A stretch of DNA of 56,576 nucleotides, the filler included, from Sphacelaria rigidula (lineage: Eukaryota): the NCBI GenBank assembly GCA_964200075.2. It is 7 parts of 7 records of this genome, joined end to end, with 100 filler letters (N's around TTAATTAATTAA, not from the genome) between each part and the next. Parts side by side here need not be neighbours in the genome. Positions count along the whole stretch, not along the records: positions 1 to 7,997 come from CAXNAA020012702.1; positions 8,098 to 16,094 come from CAXNAA020012703.1; 5 more parts are not named here. One strand, 5' to 3'. This document shows positions 1-11,546 of the stretch, in pieces (the stretch's first letter is position 1; each line of letters starts with the position of its first letter). The notes below the pieces were generated by a model. It searched no databases. It saw only the letters and a list, made by a program, of their open reading frames with translations, and was not told where the DNA came from. The position numbers and the translations under genes are program-made.

Positions 1-1458
1 GCGTGTAGCAGTCCGAGATCAGCTACAATGCCCGAATGAGGCGCGTCGTGCAGCACGAAACCAGCTCTCACAGCATTTGTGTTCATCGCCCCCGTGCACG
101 TTTTGGCCGGTTCCGGGGGGGGCTATCTCGGCAGCAGTCGCGAATGTAATGTGGAGAAGGCTGTCACCATTGCTGTTCAAAGACGGAGGAGTGATATCTT
201 CCCAGGATCAGAGCCTTGACTGCTGCAGCATGCGAGGTGTGTGCTTTAGGGGTGTTTATCTAACCATGCTCATAAAAATGCAGGTGCAAAGTTAAATCAA
301 CGTATGATACACCCAAGGCAACAACTTACTCTTGGGGACGTGACCGCTGGAAGCACGCAGAAGCTAAGCGTGTAGCCGATGTGCCAAGCCCTCGAAGATG
401 CGTTTGATTAACTTCTATCGCAGTGCTCCCAACAACGAGCCGACAGATCAAGTGATGTGATGCGCGTCCATCATCCCACGAATCACCTCGTACTTACGAA
501 TAAAGCAAGGTTGTGTTCTGTAGGGTACGGGTTTCTGTATACCCGAGGTATTTTCCGGGGTATTTACCGTACCCGACAGTTCTGTAACTTCTGTAAGACT
601 TGTATACTGGTAACCGACAGTAGTGTAGTCTCTGTAAGGCTTTCATACTCTTACCCGATACTTCTGTAATCTCTGTAAGACTCCCGTACCGTTACCGGGG
701 GCCACGGGTACGCTCTCGAGAAGATACCTGATTGCGGGTACGGTTTTCTGTGCAACCCCCATACCCTACCCGACAGGTTCTGTGAGTTCTATAAGCCTCC
801 CATACCCTCACCCGACAGTTCTGTGAGTTCTGTACATAATGTTTACCCGTACCCGGAGCGCGGGTATGCTCTCGGAAAACACCCGACTGCCGGTGCCGGT
901 TTTCTGTAAGCCTCCCATACCGTATCCGACAAGTTCTGTAATTTCTGTAAGACTTTCATCCAGTACCGGTACCCGACAATTCTGTGAGCTCTGTAAGCCT
1001 CCCATACCCCTACCCGGGGTTAGGGTATACCGTTATTGATATATCCGATTGCAGGTATGAGCACAGGTATATACCTTGGGGAGCCACGGATATAGGTTTA
1101 ATCCAAAAACAACCTCATGACCTGAACATGTACCTCTCATCGACCAACGCACCCAACTCCTCCATTCAAAACTTCACATCAACAATAATTCAGAGTTGAA
1201 AAGTTATGTAGTTTGGGATCTGGCGGGATACGAGGTACCGCTGAGGGGAAACACGAAACATGAGCAGCACTGCAGACCGTCGGAATGGATCACCCCAGAC
1301 TCGGGTGGTGACTCGAGCAGGACGGTTCATCTGAGCCACCAGGGGATCAAGTAGCAAGACGCACGTCATCGACGTTGATGGTGGTTGAGTCGTGATCATA
1401 AAACCCCAGGCCGTGATCGATATTTACAGCACAGAGTATGAGCTGCCACCGAAATCGT

Positions 1459-1668
1459 TTAATGCGTGAGAGGACCGCGTGCTGAGGGGACCGCATCGGA
1501 ATTTGAACACCCGTATGATTAGGATTAGGGTTAGGATTAGTGTTGGCGTTAGGGTCAGGGGCGTGGTCCCTTCAGGGACTGGCCCGATTGGTTTTGAAAG
1601 ACGTCGATCTTGGGGTGTTTTGGACTACGGCGCGGTCCTCTAAGCACGCGGTCTGCTCACGCATTACA
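1459..1668. mobile_element. MITE with TGT...ACA termini and a central telomere-like tract, copy 1
   Basis: Long TIR (TAATGCGTGAGAGGACCGCGTGCT...AGCACGCGGTCTGCTCACGCATTACA), internal ATTAGGATTAGGGTTAGGATTAG, flanks ATCGT/GTCGT. Confidence 0.75.
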
Positions 1669-1839
1669 GTCGTCAAGGCCGTCAGCGATTTTGTCGCATG
1701 CCGAAGGGCTTCCAGAGTACGGGCAGCCGTGAATGCTCCTTCATGTACTGTCTGGGAGTAAGACTGAAGCCGACAGATCTTGACGATCCCGTGCACATGT
1801 ACTACTGCAGTTGTTCGTGTAGTCGTTCTCCATCAACCC

Positions 1840-2050
1840 TGTAATGCGTGAGAGGACCGCGTGCTTAGAGGACCGCATCTGAATATGAACATCCCTATGG
1901 CTGGGGTTGGGGTTAGTGTTAGTGTTGGGGTTGGGGTCAGAGGCGTGGTTCCTGCAGGGACTGGCCCGATTGGGTTCGAAAAACGTCGATCCCGGGGTGT
2001 TTTGGACTTCGGCGCGGTCCTCTAAGCACGCGGTCCTCTCACGCATTACA
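1840..2050. mobile_element. MITE with TGT...ACA termini and a central telomere-like tract, copy 2
   Basis: Perfect ~37-bp TIR TGTAATGCGTGAGAGGACCGCGTGCTTAGAGGACCGC, 5-bp TSD AACCC, internal GGGGTTGGGGTTAGTGTTAGTGTTGGGGTTGGGG. Confidence 0.8.
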
Positions 2051-2805
2051 AACCCCATGAAGCCGTTTAGAGTTTCCGTGAACTGCCATCTGTATTTCGC
2101 CGCTGTTGTAATGACGTATGTCGCACCACAGGGGTGGTGATAATACCAAGGTCGTGTTCTGTAGGGCACGGTTTCCTATGTACGCGGGGTATTTTGTCGG
2201 GTATTTACCGTGCCCGACAGTTCTGTCATCTCTGTAAGATTTCCTACCGGTACCCGACAGGTCTGTAATCTCTGTAAGACCTTCATACCCGTACCTGATA
2301 GTTTGGTGAGTTCTGTAGGCCTCCCGAACGGTTACCGGGGGGCACGGGAATGCTCGTGATTATATACCCGGTTGCGGGTACGGTTTGCTGTGCAACCTCC
2401 ATACCCTACCCGACAGTTTCTGTGAGTTCTGTAAGCTTCCCATACCCTTACCCGACAGTTCTGTGAGTTCTGTACAAAACGTTTGCCCTAACCCGAGGGG
2501 CGGGTATGCCCTAAGAGAGTTACCCGATTGCCGCTACCGGTTTCCTGTAAACCTCCCATACCATACCCGACAAGTTCTGTAATTTCTGTAAGACTTTCAT
2601 ACCGGTACCCGACAGTTCTGTAAACTCTGTGAGACTTTCACACCGGTACCCGACAGTTCTGGAAGTTCTCTGTAAGGGATCTCATACCGTGCAGAACGTA
2701 CCCGTGCCTCACAGAACACAACCTTGGAATAAAGAGGCATCACACAAAATCTACGCAAGTAAGAGTAATACTTCAAGCTCATGCGTGATTGCTTAGCGTT
2801 CAACT

Positions 2806-3138
2806 TGTATCAGACCACGTCATCCAACGCGATAGCGACCAGCGACGTACTCGTTATACAAACGTTACAGCTTATAGCCTCTGCCAGACGATCTGGACAA
2901 CAAGAAGAGGACTTTCAACGAGGGACTCCTCCAGTAGCACTGGCCTCGTGCTCGACAAGTCCTTTCTTCTCACTTGTTATTATCACAGAGTGATCTCCAA
3001 CAGACCACATCACGAGCCAGCAGCAAGGGGCCACACATATAATGGTCATCAATCCAGGATCCCCCGTCCCCTGCCACTGCTCCAATCATGCATGCGATTA
3101 TACTGAAACCTACGGCTTGGTATGATTATTTGGCTACA
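2806..3138 (-). repeat. 3' LTR of the gypsy element
   Basis: Aligns with 7389-7646 (GCCTCTGCCAGACGATCTGGAC...TTTGGCTACA) and has TG...CA ends. Confidence 0.85.
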
Positions 3139-3240
3139 ACACCCCAATAGCGAGTTCAAGACAGCGACATGAGCCGTGTGTATGGCGCCAGAAACAATGT
3201 TCTGCACCTAATACACGTGAGCGTGATAGGCTCCGACCAC

Positions 3241-4095
3241 TCACCACGGACCTGTCCACGTGGACGTCAACTTTGGCGTCACAACTTGCCTACGAACATG
3301 GGCATACAATACGAAATCGCCAACTGCAAACTTGGGCAACACAGCCTCGCCCTGAGCAAGCTTGCGTTTGGTTTCGCGAGACACCGCGACAGCAGCTTGC
3401 ACTTCGATACAAAACCGCACTTGCTCGTCAACCACGCCTCGAACCTTGTCACGCAATGAATCAGCATCCAAGACATCGACGTTCCACTTGCCGCCAGTGA
3501 CAGAAACCAGCACAGAAAACGCTGTACGTGGCGCACGCCCAAACATCACACAATACGGAGTATTACGGTAGCGTTCACGAAACGAGGTATTCAACGCCCA
3601 CTGAGCGGCTGGTATAACATCAACCCATCCAGACACCGGCCGTCTCTGTTTCGACAAAATAGACCGCAACGCACGAATAACCTCTTTCACCATGTGTTCA
3701 CAAGCACCATTCGACCAAGGGGTATACGCAACAGCAAATTGGTGTTGCGCCTTCAGCGCGTCGCTCAGCTGCGCGCTCCCTCGATTCTTGAAGTGCGTGG
3801 TGGTATCACTAACCCAAACACGCGCCCCCCCCAGAGTCTTGCACCAATGGAGCGAGTGCGTAACCGTAACATCGGCGGTGCAAGCCTCGGTCGGCTCTGA
3901 GCAAACGAAATTGAACAAATCATCCATGATAACCAAAACGTACCGAAAACCATCCTCCTCAGGCAAACCATTAGCACCTTCACGTTCGCTACTTCCGACG
4001 TACAGAAAATCAAAGTGAACGACTTCACCTGGCGCAGTACCATGCACAGTATCACCATACGGACGAGGTACAATCTCACCAGCACGAGTGTCCAC
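3241..4095 (-). pseudogene. Retrotransposon integrase core and GPY/F region
   Basis: Motifs VHFDFL, VLVIMDD, WVSDTTTHF, YTPWSNGACEHMVKEV and WTGPW. Separated by a stop from the upstream HHCC zinc finger (AHMQSVGHRG...FVPQCL). Confidence 0.9.
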
Positions 4096-4098
4096 ATA

Positions 4099-5157
4099 TT
4101 ACAAACACTGGGGAACGAACTCGCAAACGTGGGAATCCATGTGAGGCCACACACACGTTTCTTTCAAACGAAACAGAGTCGGCGCCACACCACGGTGACC
4201 AACCGACTGCATGTGAGCGCGCACCATCAAGCAAGTTTGTAGAACCTTATCATCCGACGGAATCCACAAAACATCACTACTGCCAACACGCACACAAAAC
4301 CAACCATCGTCAGCCAAGGTAGCTTGATCGAAAGTCGTAGGAAAAGAATGAAAACCTTCGCCGACTGTTTTGCGCTGCGCGGTACGAATGACACCTAACA
4401 AGTGCAGCATATCATCGGCATCATACGGACTGTACACGGCAACAGAACAACCAGGCACGGTAGGAACCTTCACCCAGCGAGACAACAAACCTCCCCAACA
4501 ACTGTGCTCTCCGGTAATGTGTTCAATGACATACCGATATCGTTGTTGGGCTCCCAGCAACTCCTGCATGTTTCCTTGGCTTGACATTACCCTCGACGAC
4601 TGTTCCACTTGCGCGTTCACCGCCTGATAGTCGTTGGCCAAACCGACTGTGTGACTCTTCGGCACCGCCATCGCCGGACTCGCCCACACAACCTGAATAT
4701 TCCTAGACAACAAACCAAATGCCACCGAAACTGTGATGCATGAAGCAAGCCACACGGTCTTCACCGGATCGCAGCGGCGAGGCTTGGCCTTCACAGCCTC
4801 CTTCATCAGCTGCACGCGTGCTGGCGTATCACAACGCAGCGCACGACGAAACGTGTCTACTTGACGAGCCAAAATATCGCGCAGACAATGTGCAACATCG
4901 GCGCTTAGGTCCTTCTGCTCGGCCTGCCGCACACCCTCCTCGAGTGCACTTCCTCGTGCACCTGTCTCCTCGGCTGGGTCCATGAACATGTCCGGCCCCC
5001 GATCGACCAAGCGCTCCACCGCTTCATCAGCAAGGGCCTCTTCCTCGTTGGCGCTCTGGAATGACCGTATGGATACGATCACACGCCTTGCAACAAGATA
5101 GGTGAAATTTTCCACGCCGGTTTGCACCGGCACAGCCCGCGGACGTAACTTCTCCAA
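4099..5157 (-). pseudogene. pol remnant: RT N-terminus fused to the RNase H C-terminus and integrase Zn finger
   Basis: WASPAMAVPK...DYQAVN (RT start) runs directly into RYRYVIEHITGEHSCWGGLLSRW (RNase H end). There is no YxDD motif. Confidence 0.8.
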
Positions 5158-5163
5158 CGCCAG

Positions 5164-5790
5164 TTAATACAAACGAATCCCGAGCTCCTTCATCGTCGCC
5201 ATCCCAAGTAGAACAACGTCATCCCTACCGGGCACGACAGCAAAAGTGATGGGCCGCAACTCGACAGCCCCCCACGGCGTACGCACGTTAACAGTAATGG
5301 GCACCGTATCATGTGTAACCGTCACGGGAGAACCCGTGGCGGTCTGCGCCGTTTGCGGTCCATTTTCGAACGGAATCTGCAGCTGAGCGCCGCCAAACTG
5401 CAAAGACATTTGCTCAAGCAACCCCACATCGATCGACGAGAGAGCGGACCTGGAATAAAGAATAACGCGGGCCATGAACGAGCCTATAAAACCAGGCAAG
5501 GATAACTCTGCGCGTAAGCATTCAGCCTTGCGATCGACAGGTACCACGCCTGCCGAAGAACCCTGCTCTGTACCAAGAATCACCTGACGCCAGGGCTGCC
5601 CTCCAGCACTTGGCATCGATAGCTGCGAATCGTCGGTCCAACCAGACCAAGTCGCCGAATATGCAGACGGCGCTGTTACAACCGTTGCAGCAGAAAGGAA
5701 TGCACCAGACACGGATCCTGTCTGGCGGAGTGGTTGCGAGCTATTCGCTACAGCACTCCCCACCGAAGTATTTGCATTTCCTTCGTACAC
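5164..5790 (-). pseudogene. Retroviral-type aspartic protease region (degenerate)
   Basis: ILYSRSALSSI (decayed LDSG-like site) and VVLLGMATMKELGI, located between gag and RT. Confidence 0.7.
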
Positions 5791-5799
5791 TGTCCGCCC

Positions 5800-7192
5800 C
5801 TCTACGGATGAACCATAAGTTCCAGAGTCACCACCTGATGACGTAGTGAGAGAAGCACCATCGGAGGAACCACCGCCCGCCGCCGATTGCTTGCTACCGC
5901 GGCCTCCACGCCCGCGTCCCTGGTTGACACGATTCCGTCCACCGTGACGACCGCCCCGAGATCCTGATGCATCTCGTGCATTGCCCTGCGCAGCGCCTTG
6001 AGCGTGAACCTTGGGGCAGTCCTTAATCAGATGTCCGGTGTCACCGCAGTTGTAACACGCGCGAGTGGACGACTCTCGCGAAGACGGCTGCTGTTGCTGT
6101 TGCTGTTGCTGCTTGCGGCAAGTACTACTTGCACTTGCCGCAGAATCGCGCCGGCTACGTGCCTCAATAAATTTTCACTGGTCGGCGGCTTCAAATAATG
6201 TTTTGAACACCACCGTCGGGTTCTTTTTCCAGCCGTCAACATACGTTAGTACACTTCTAACATACGCCTTGAATGCAGGGGGCGAAATCCCGTCCACTAA
6301 AGCTATGGAAACCGACTCGGCCGGGCCTGGCAACCAACTCCTGTCCTCCGCACGGTATATGGCTTGCACCGTCAGGTTTTCTGCGGAAAACCTTTCCATA
6401 GCTGAACTGACCATCATCGCACGATTCTTGACAGAGTTCCCACAGCTTTGTGGCATAATAAGAACTCTACGCAGGTCTGCTGTAGCCCGCGCAGTGTCAT
6501 GCTTGCCGCCAGTTGTTGTGTACCCGGCATGCTGCTTCACGACATCAAGCAATTCGTCGGGGGCCATAGCCCGACGATCCTTGTACATATCTTCAAAACA
6601 CCGATGAACGTTTGTAGGGAGCTCACCCTCTCATGCCTCACAACTCCTTGAGAATTATCGAGATTCAAGCGCTGTATGTAATCAAGATATGCTACGAAAA
6701 AACGCGTGATGCCTGCTCTGTCCACACTTCGCCATACTTAAGCGGTTCAAGTGGGTCACCCAACACCAGCGGACACTTTTTACGATACTCTGCCCCAAAA
6801 CCAGCCTAAACGTGCCACGAAACAAATGGCCATACAGCGCCTGATGTTTCGTTTCAGGCTGGATGAAGCGCCTAATATTGGCAACATTGGCGAGAACGGA
6901 CCCAAGCGTGGAAATTCCCAGCTACTCGTTGCGCTCGACTTTCACCATTTCGATTCACGTGAAGATTCCTCCCAAAACCATGCACTTTGGGGGGGGGGGG
7001 GGGGGTTTTCTTAAAATGGTCGGCGAGGTTGCCGCCCCTTGGCCTTGCTCGTCTATGCTTTACAANNNNNNNNNNCCGCCCTCTTCATCCTTTCCACACT
7101 AGAAACCCCCCCCCCCAACGCCCGTGGGGGGGGGGGGGGGGGGGGGGGCTCTTGTAGAAAGTGTCAGCGATGCTGCCGCCGCTTGAGCCATG
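5800..7192 (-). pseudogene. gag remnant interrupted by a MITE
   Basis: Fragmented ORFs at 6175-6588 and 6537-6725. Removing the MITE and one TSD restores MAQAAAASLVLGDPLEPLK at the N-terminus. Confidence 0.65.
6772..7165. mobile_element. GACACTTTCTACGATAGCCCCC-TIR MITE with 4-bp TSD AGCG
   Basis: Ends GACACTTTTTACGA and TTGTAGAAAGTGTC, with AGCG on both sides. The same family occurs at 24292-24441, 38722-38964 and 40277-40384. Confidence 0.8.
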
Positions 7193-7388
7193 TCGTCTAT
7201 GCTTCAAACACGTCACGGAGAGACTCTTGCCTGACTTGTGCGTCCTCCAGCTCACGGAGCGTCTCCCACTGCTGTGCGCTTCAAGCTGGTCTCCTCCTGT
7301 CTGCGGGCTAAACTGGCTATCAGTTTCAGCCTACTTTCTCCTTAGCAAAACTCCTCTAACAGAGTGCCGGGAAAAATATATCTAGATA

Positions 7389-7646
7389 TTATCGCCTCTG
7401 CCAGACGATCTGGACAAGAGGACTTTCAACAGGGGACTCCTCCAGTAGCACTGGCCTCGTGCTTGACAAGTCTTTTCTTCTCACTTGTTATTATCACGGA
7501 GTAATCATTAACAGAACACATCATGAGCCAGCAGCAAGGGGCCACACAGATAATGCTCGTCAATCCAGGATCCCCTGTCCCCTGCCACTGCTCCAATCAT
7601 GCATGCGATTATACTGAAACCTACGGCTTGGTATCATTTGGCTACA
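7389..7646 (-). repeat. 5' LTR of the gypsy element (inner end missing)
   Basis: Matches ~2873-3138. The first ~65 bp of the other LTR and a recognisable primer-binding site are absent. Confidence 0.8.
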
Positions 7647-7997
7647 AGCTGGATGAACAGTTGACCCAAATGCCGCTCAATTATTCGCCTAAGATATGCA
7701 CTGCTCGTACCCGCTGGTCATGCCAGAAACAACAACTCAGCAACTGCGATCCTTTTCACATAACACGAAAGCACCATTATGTTGGAAAAGTGTCGCGATG
7801 AACCCTTTGACGTGATCGCTAGAGTTGGCGCAATGGCACTTAAGCCAAGCAAGCAGACAAGCTGCTCTGGAGTGTAGATAGAAGATGATGTTCAAGGTGC
7901 CTCTTGCGGGCAAGACAGTCCAAACAACCCACCCTGTTGAACGGTCAACCGAGGAGAGTGATTCATGCATCACAACTGTTATCCCACATCATATCCT

Positions 7998-8097
7998 NNN
8001 NNNNNNNNNNNNNNNNNNNNNNNNNNNNNNNNNNNNNNNNNTTAATTAATTAANNNNNNNNNNNNNNNNNNNNNNNNNNNNNNNNNNNNNNNNNNNN
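7998..8097. other. Artificial contig linker; also at 16095-16194, 24192-24291, 32289-32388, 40385-40484 and 48481-48580
   Basis: Each is 100 bp of N around TTAATTAATTAA, which gives stops in all six frames. Confidence 0.98.
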
Positions 8098-8776
8098 CCC
8101 CTTGGACCAGCGGTCAACGTTTTCCTCCCTTTCGGGCAATCAGGCATAAGAAATCGTGAGTTTGGTGGTTTTGAGTCGTGATGATTTGTCCTAACCATGA
8201 AACTGTTCCACTGCCTCTTTGTATCATCCTGCCAAAGCGATTCTCGACACAATCGTTCGAGGCACAGGTACCACAACCAGACTGGTGTATGGGTTTCCAA
8301 ATGCTGTGCCAATTCTTGACCAACCCGGGCTGTGAATCTGGCATTCTCATCTCAATTTCGAGAGTTGGACTTTCAAGTTTGACATTTATAATCGTGAGGG
8401 CACAGAAACAACGTACTTGTGGGACGTTAAGTTTGGGTTCATGATTTAGCGCCGTTATAGTGAAACATGGGTATGGGTTTTTGCCCTGAACACATGAAAT
8501 TACAAATTTTGCAATGTCTCGCAAACCTTTGTGTATATTGTGCCGTATCAAGTTTCTGTACCAAATTCAAATATCCAACTCTCGAAATGGAGGTAACGAG
8601 CGGCCTTCAACCTACAAACCCGCTTCCAGGCTGGCCCAGCTCGTCGCACGTCCTTGCTGGTGTGATTCGGATATCGATTTCGACACACACGTCGTTCTGT
8701 ATCGTCATTGTTTTGACGGAGTTGCACGGAACAAAGATGAGCAACTGAGTGCATACAGAGATTTACACAGGAACCG

Positions 8777-9271
8777 TAGGGAAGGCACCGTACCGAGCGT
8801 ACCCCCGATATTTACCGGGGTATCCCGTACCGTGGTATGCGTGGGTATCGTAGGTATGAGTTTTGAAAATACCTAATTGAGCGGGTACGGTAGGTACTGA
8901 AATCTCGACATGCCGTGGTATCGTAGGTATCGTAGATATGAAATATGAAAATACCCGATTGGGCAGGTACGCTAGGTATTGAAATCTCGAAATACCGTGG
9001 TATCGTAGGTATCGTGGACATGAGATATGAAAATACCCGATTGGGCAGGTACGCTAGGTATTGAAATCTCGAAATACCGTGGTATCATAGGTATCGTAGG
9101 TATGACAGATGAAAATACCCGATTGGGCAGGTACGGTAGATACTGGTATTTCGAAACACCGTGGTATCGTGGGTATCATAGCCATGTCAATTGAAAATAC
9201 CCGATTGGGTCGGTATCGGGAGGGTATGAGATGTTCCAAATACCAGTACCGGGTACCCGCCTTACCCTCTA
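8777..9271. mobile_element. Non-autonomous TIR element with an internal ~80-bp tandem array
   Basis: Ends TAGGGAAGGC and GCCTTACCCTCTA. Repeated unit AAATACCCGATTGGGCAGGTACG...ATACCGTGGTATCGTAGGTATCGT. A related copy lies at ~10250-10680. Confidence 0.6.
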
Positions 9272-10376
9272 TACCGACTTGAAAACTGCCATCCGGCAGG
9301 GCGGAGAAGCGTTTCAGGGCGTGTCTTGGCAAATATATATATACATCGAAAAAATATGGCGGTGAAATTGATTTTGGCGAAAATCACACATCTTTGTCGA
9401 GTTGGGTCCAATCAAATTTTCAAGCTTTCGATCGAGAAAAGACAAAAAAAAATCGTGAAACGGTACATGGTCACTCGTGTACAGTACAGACAGTCTGTAC
9501 TGCCTGCACTGCTTGCAAGCAGTGTGTCTTGAGTGCGTGTGTGCGTGTTTCGTACAGCAAGAGTTTCAAGAGGAGTGGGCAATGTGCAGTTCAGACAGCC
9601 CAGCGTTGTCAGTTATCTCTGCTGACAATGCGGCGTGAAAAAGACCCCAACAACGTGCAGCTTGGTACCACTTGCACTTTCCATGAGTGTGTACGCAACT
9701 CGGTTGCCGACCGTACCACGGAATTCCGTCGCTGATCCTACCATGGAAGAATATGCGCAAGTTTTCGCCATCAAAAAATGAACAAAGCATACCCAACTAC
9801 TGCAGCGTATCTCTCGCTGTGCTCAACACGTACTAGATGCTGCAGGGGCTGCGATGGCGGCCGAGATGTACTGGATGGAGTGAGCATGGTTCTGTGAACG
9901 AGTGTTATCTGGTGTGGTGGTCTGTAAGATAGGAGTGAAGTGCCGCTTCGTGCCTTTCGACCGCATGTTTTCGATCGGAAAAACTTAGCTTCTTTGTTTT
10001 GTAGTTTTCTCCGGACGCAACTAATTACAAATTTGGGTTAAAGCCTTCAAGCAGAGATGCGGTGGACCTATCAGATAAGGAAGAAAAAAAAATGACCGCA
10101 CTTCATACTACATAATGATGAGTTCATTCGAATTGGTGCAAACACGAAAATCAGGGGGAATCTGGGTAAACATTACTTGGGGAAACAAGACGTACCTGCT
10201 CCGATACCTTCTGGCCTTTCCATAATGAGTTAGGCTCAGCTGCTGCACCGTGGTGAGTGCATCGCGTCCGGTATTACCGGGTATACCCTCAGTATATACC
10301 GAGGTATCCCATACCGTGGTTTGCGTGGGTATCGTAGGTATGAGTTTTGAAAATACCTTACTGAGCGAGTACATGA

Positions 10377-10545
10377 ATTCATTGATTGATTGTCGCACTC
10401 TCACTGATCCCCCAGGGGTTCAGGCGTGGTCTCATGAAAGACGTCCCCGAGAAAAACGAAACTGAAACACGCTCTGAGAAAAAAAAAGAACAGAAAGAAA
10501 AAAAAGATCGGACAGAACGACATGGCAGACCAAGTCGTAACAAAA
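10377..10545 (-). repeat. Dispersed repeat with a (CAAT)n tail, probably a LINE/SINE 3' end
   Basis: A GACCACGGCTGGATCCCTGGGGGTCGGTTAAAGTGCGACAATCAATCAAT-like motif also occurs at ~19783-19845 (-) and ~21850-22050 (+). Confidence 0.55.
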
Positions 10546-11546
10546 ACGTTAGGTATTGACAGATGGAAATGCCGTGGTATCGTGGGTATCGTAGGTATGA
10601 CATTTGAAGATACCCGATTGGGCCGGTATCGGTAGGGTATGAGATGTCCCAAATACCGGTACCGGGTACCTTCCTCACGTACGGTACCTGTGGGGGTTCA
10701 CACAGTCACTGCGATGACACCTGCGGTACATAAAGTACATGTCCGCTTTTGACTACGTTCTTGCCCCGTCGAATATTTGATCATCGCCGTAACCCTTCTC
10801 CCAAACTATGATACGGCACGTGCATTTTTCTGGCGCTGTTGAAGAGCGACGCTGCTGCCCCCTCCCCACGCTCGCGCTCGTCCAAATGTGTACCAGAATA
10901 TGTTGCTCATGTGATGCTGCATGGCGATCGCTTTCTCGGTCGATCTTTATTTGTGGCACTTCGCTGTGCACAATATTTTCTACCTGACTGTAAGCTCATG
11001 TTTGTTACTTCGGAATATATTCATCTTCCATTCCTCTATGTTACGACATCCTTCAGCATCGGTATTGCGCTTTATGTTTGCCCCGTAACGTGATGGTCCT
11101 TCCATTGTAGTAGTCTGGTGCTTGATCTGCTGCCGATCCCCACTGCAGTAGCGTAGAGGACATCCCACTCGCTGGAATCATCTCGCAAGTTGGCGTCAGC
11201 TCACATGAAGCGTCTTCTGATTGAATATAGGCAGACGTTTTTCTCCGGGGTATGTACAGCAATATCGAGGTCGTTTGTTTTGCAAAAGCTTTCAACACGC
11301 TTTGACCCACGGCTAACGAGACATTTTCCGCTGCCTTGATATTTTTGCTACCATAAGCAGTAAGTTGTCGGAGGAGCTGACGACCGACGTCGCCAGAAGG
11401 TGCATCAGCAGGGGCTGTTCCAAGCCATCTCACGGTTCACTGGGCTACAAGGCGGGGTTCGCTCCAAGCACGCGAGCGTGGGACTGGTAGATATAGCGAA
11501 ACGAGTGTGCGGTGACGAAGACTGCTCCGCGCGGCCGTGGTAAGGT

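Larger units (their letters stand above)
506..2726. mobile_element. Composite non-autonomous hAT-like element with an 8-bp target-site duplication (TSD)
   Basis: TIR CAAGGTTGTGTTCTG at 506 and its inverse CAGAACACAACCTTG ending at 2726. GAATAAAG is duplicated at 498-505 and 2727-2734. There are many subterminal TACCCGACAGTTCTGT repeats and a second left end at ~2147. An 8-bp TSD is typical of hAT. Confidence 0.8.
2806..7646 (-). mobile_element. Degenerate Ty3/gypsy LTR retrotransposon with RT and RNase H internally deleted
   Basis: Direct repeats at 2806-3138 and ~7389-7646 with TGTA...TACA outer ends and flanks AACT/AGCT. Domain order on the minus strand is gag, protease, RT start, RNase H end, integrase. 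Confidence 0.9.

Noticed and set aside
7003-7125. Apparent extra sequence inside the MITE around the 10-N gap
   Set aside because: It consists of noisy duplicates of adjacent sequence beside poly-G runs, so it is likely a low-quality read or assembly artefact.
8114-8754. Cys-containing minus-strand ORFs (also 16246-17203)
   Set aside because: No recognisable domain; probably decayed TE sequence.
8860-9230. CRISPR-like periodic repeats (also 550-1020 and 2200-2680)
   Set aside because: There are no unique spacers. These are subterminal or tandem repeats of TIR elements in a eukaryote.
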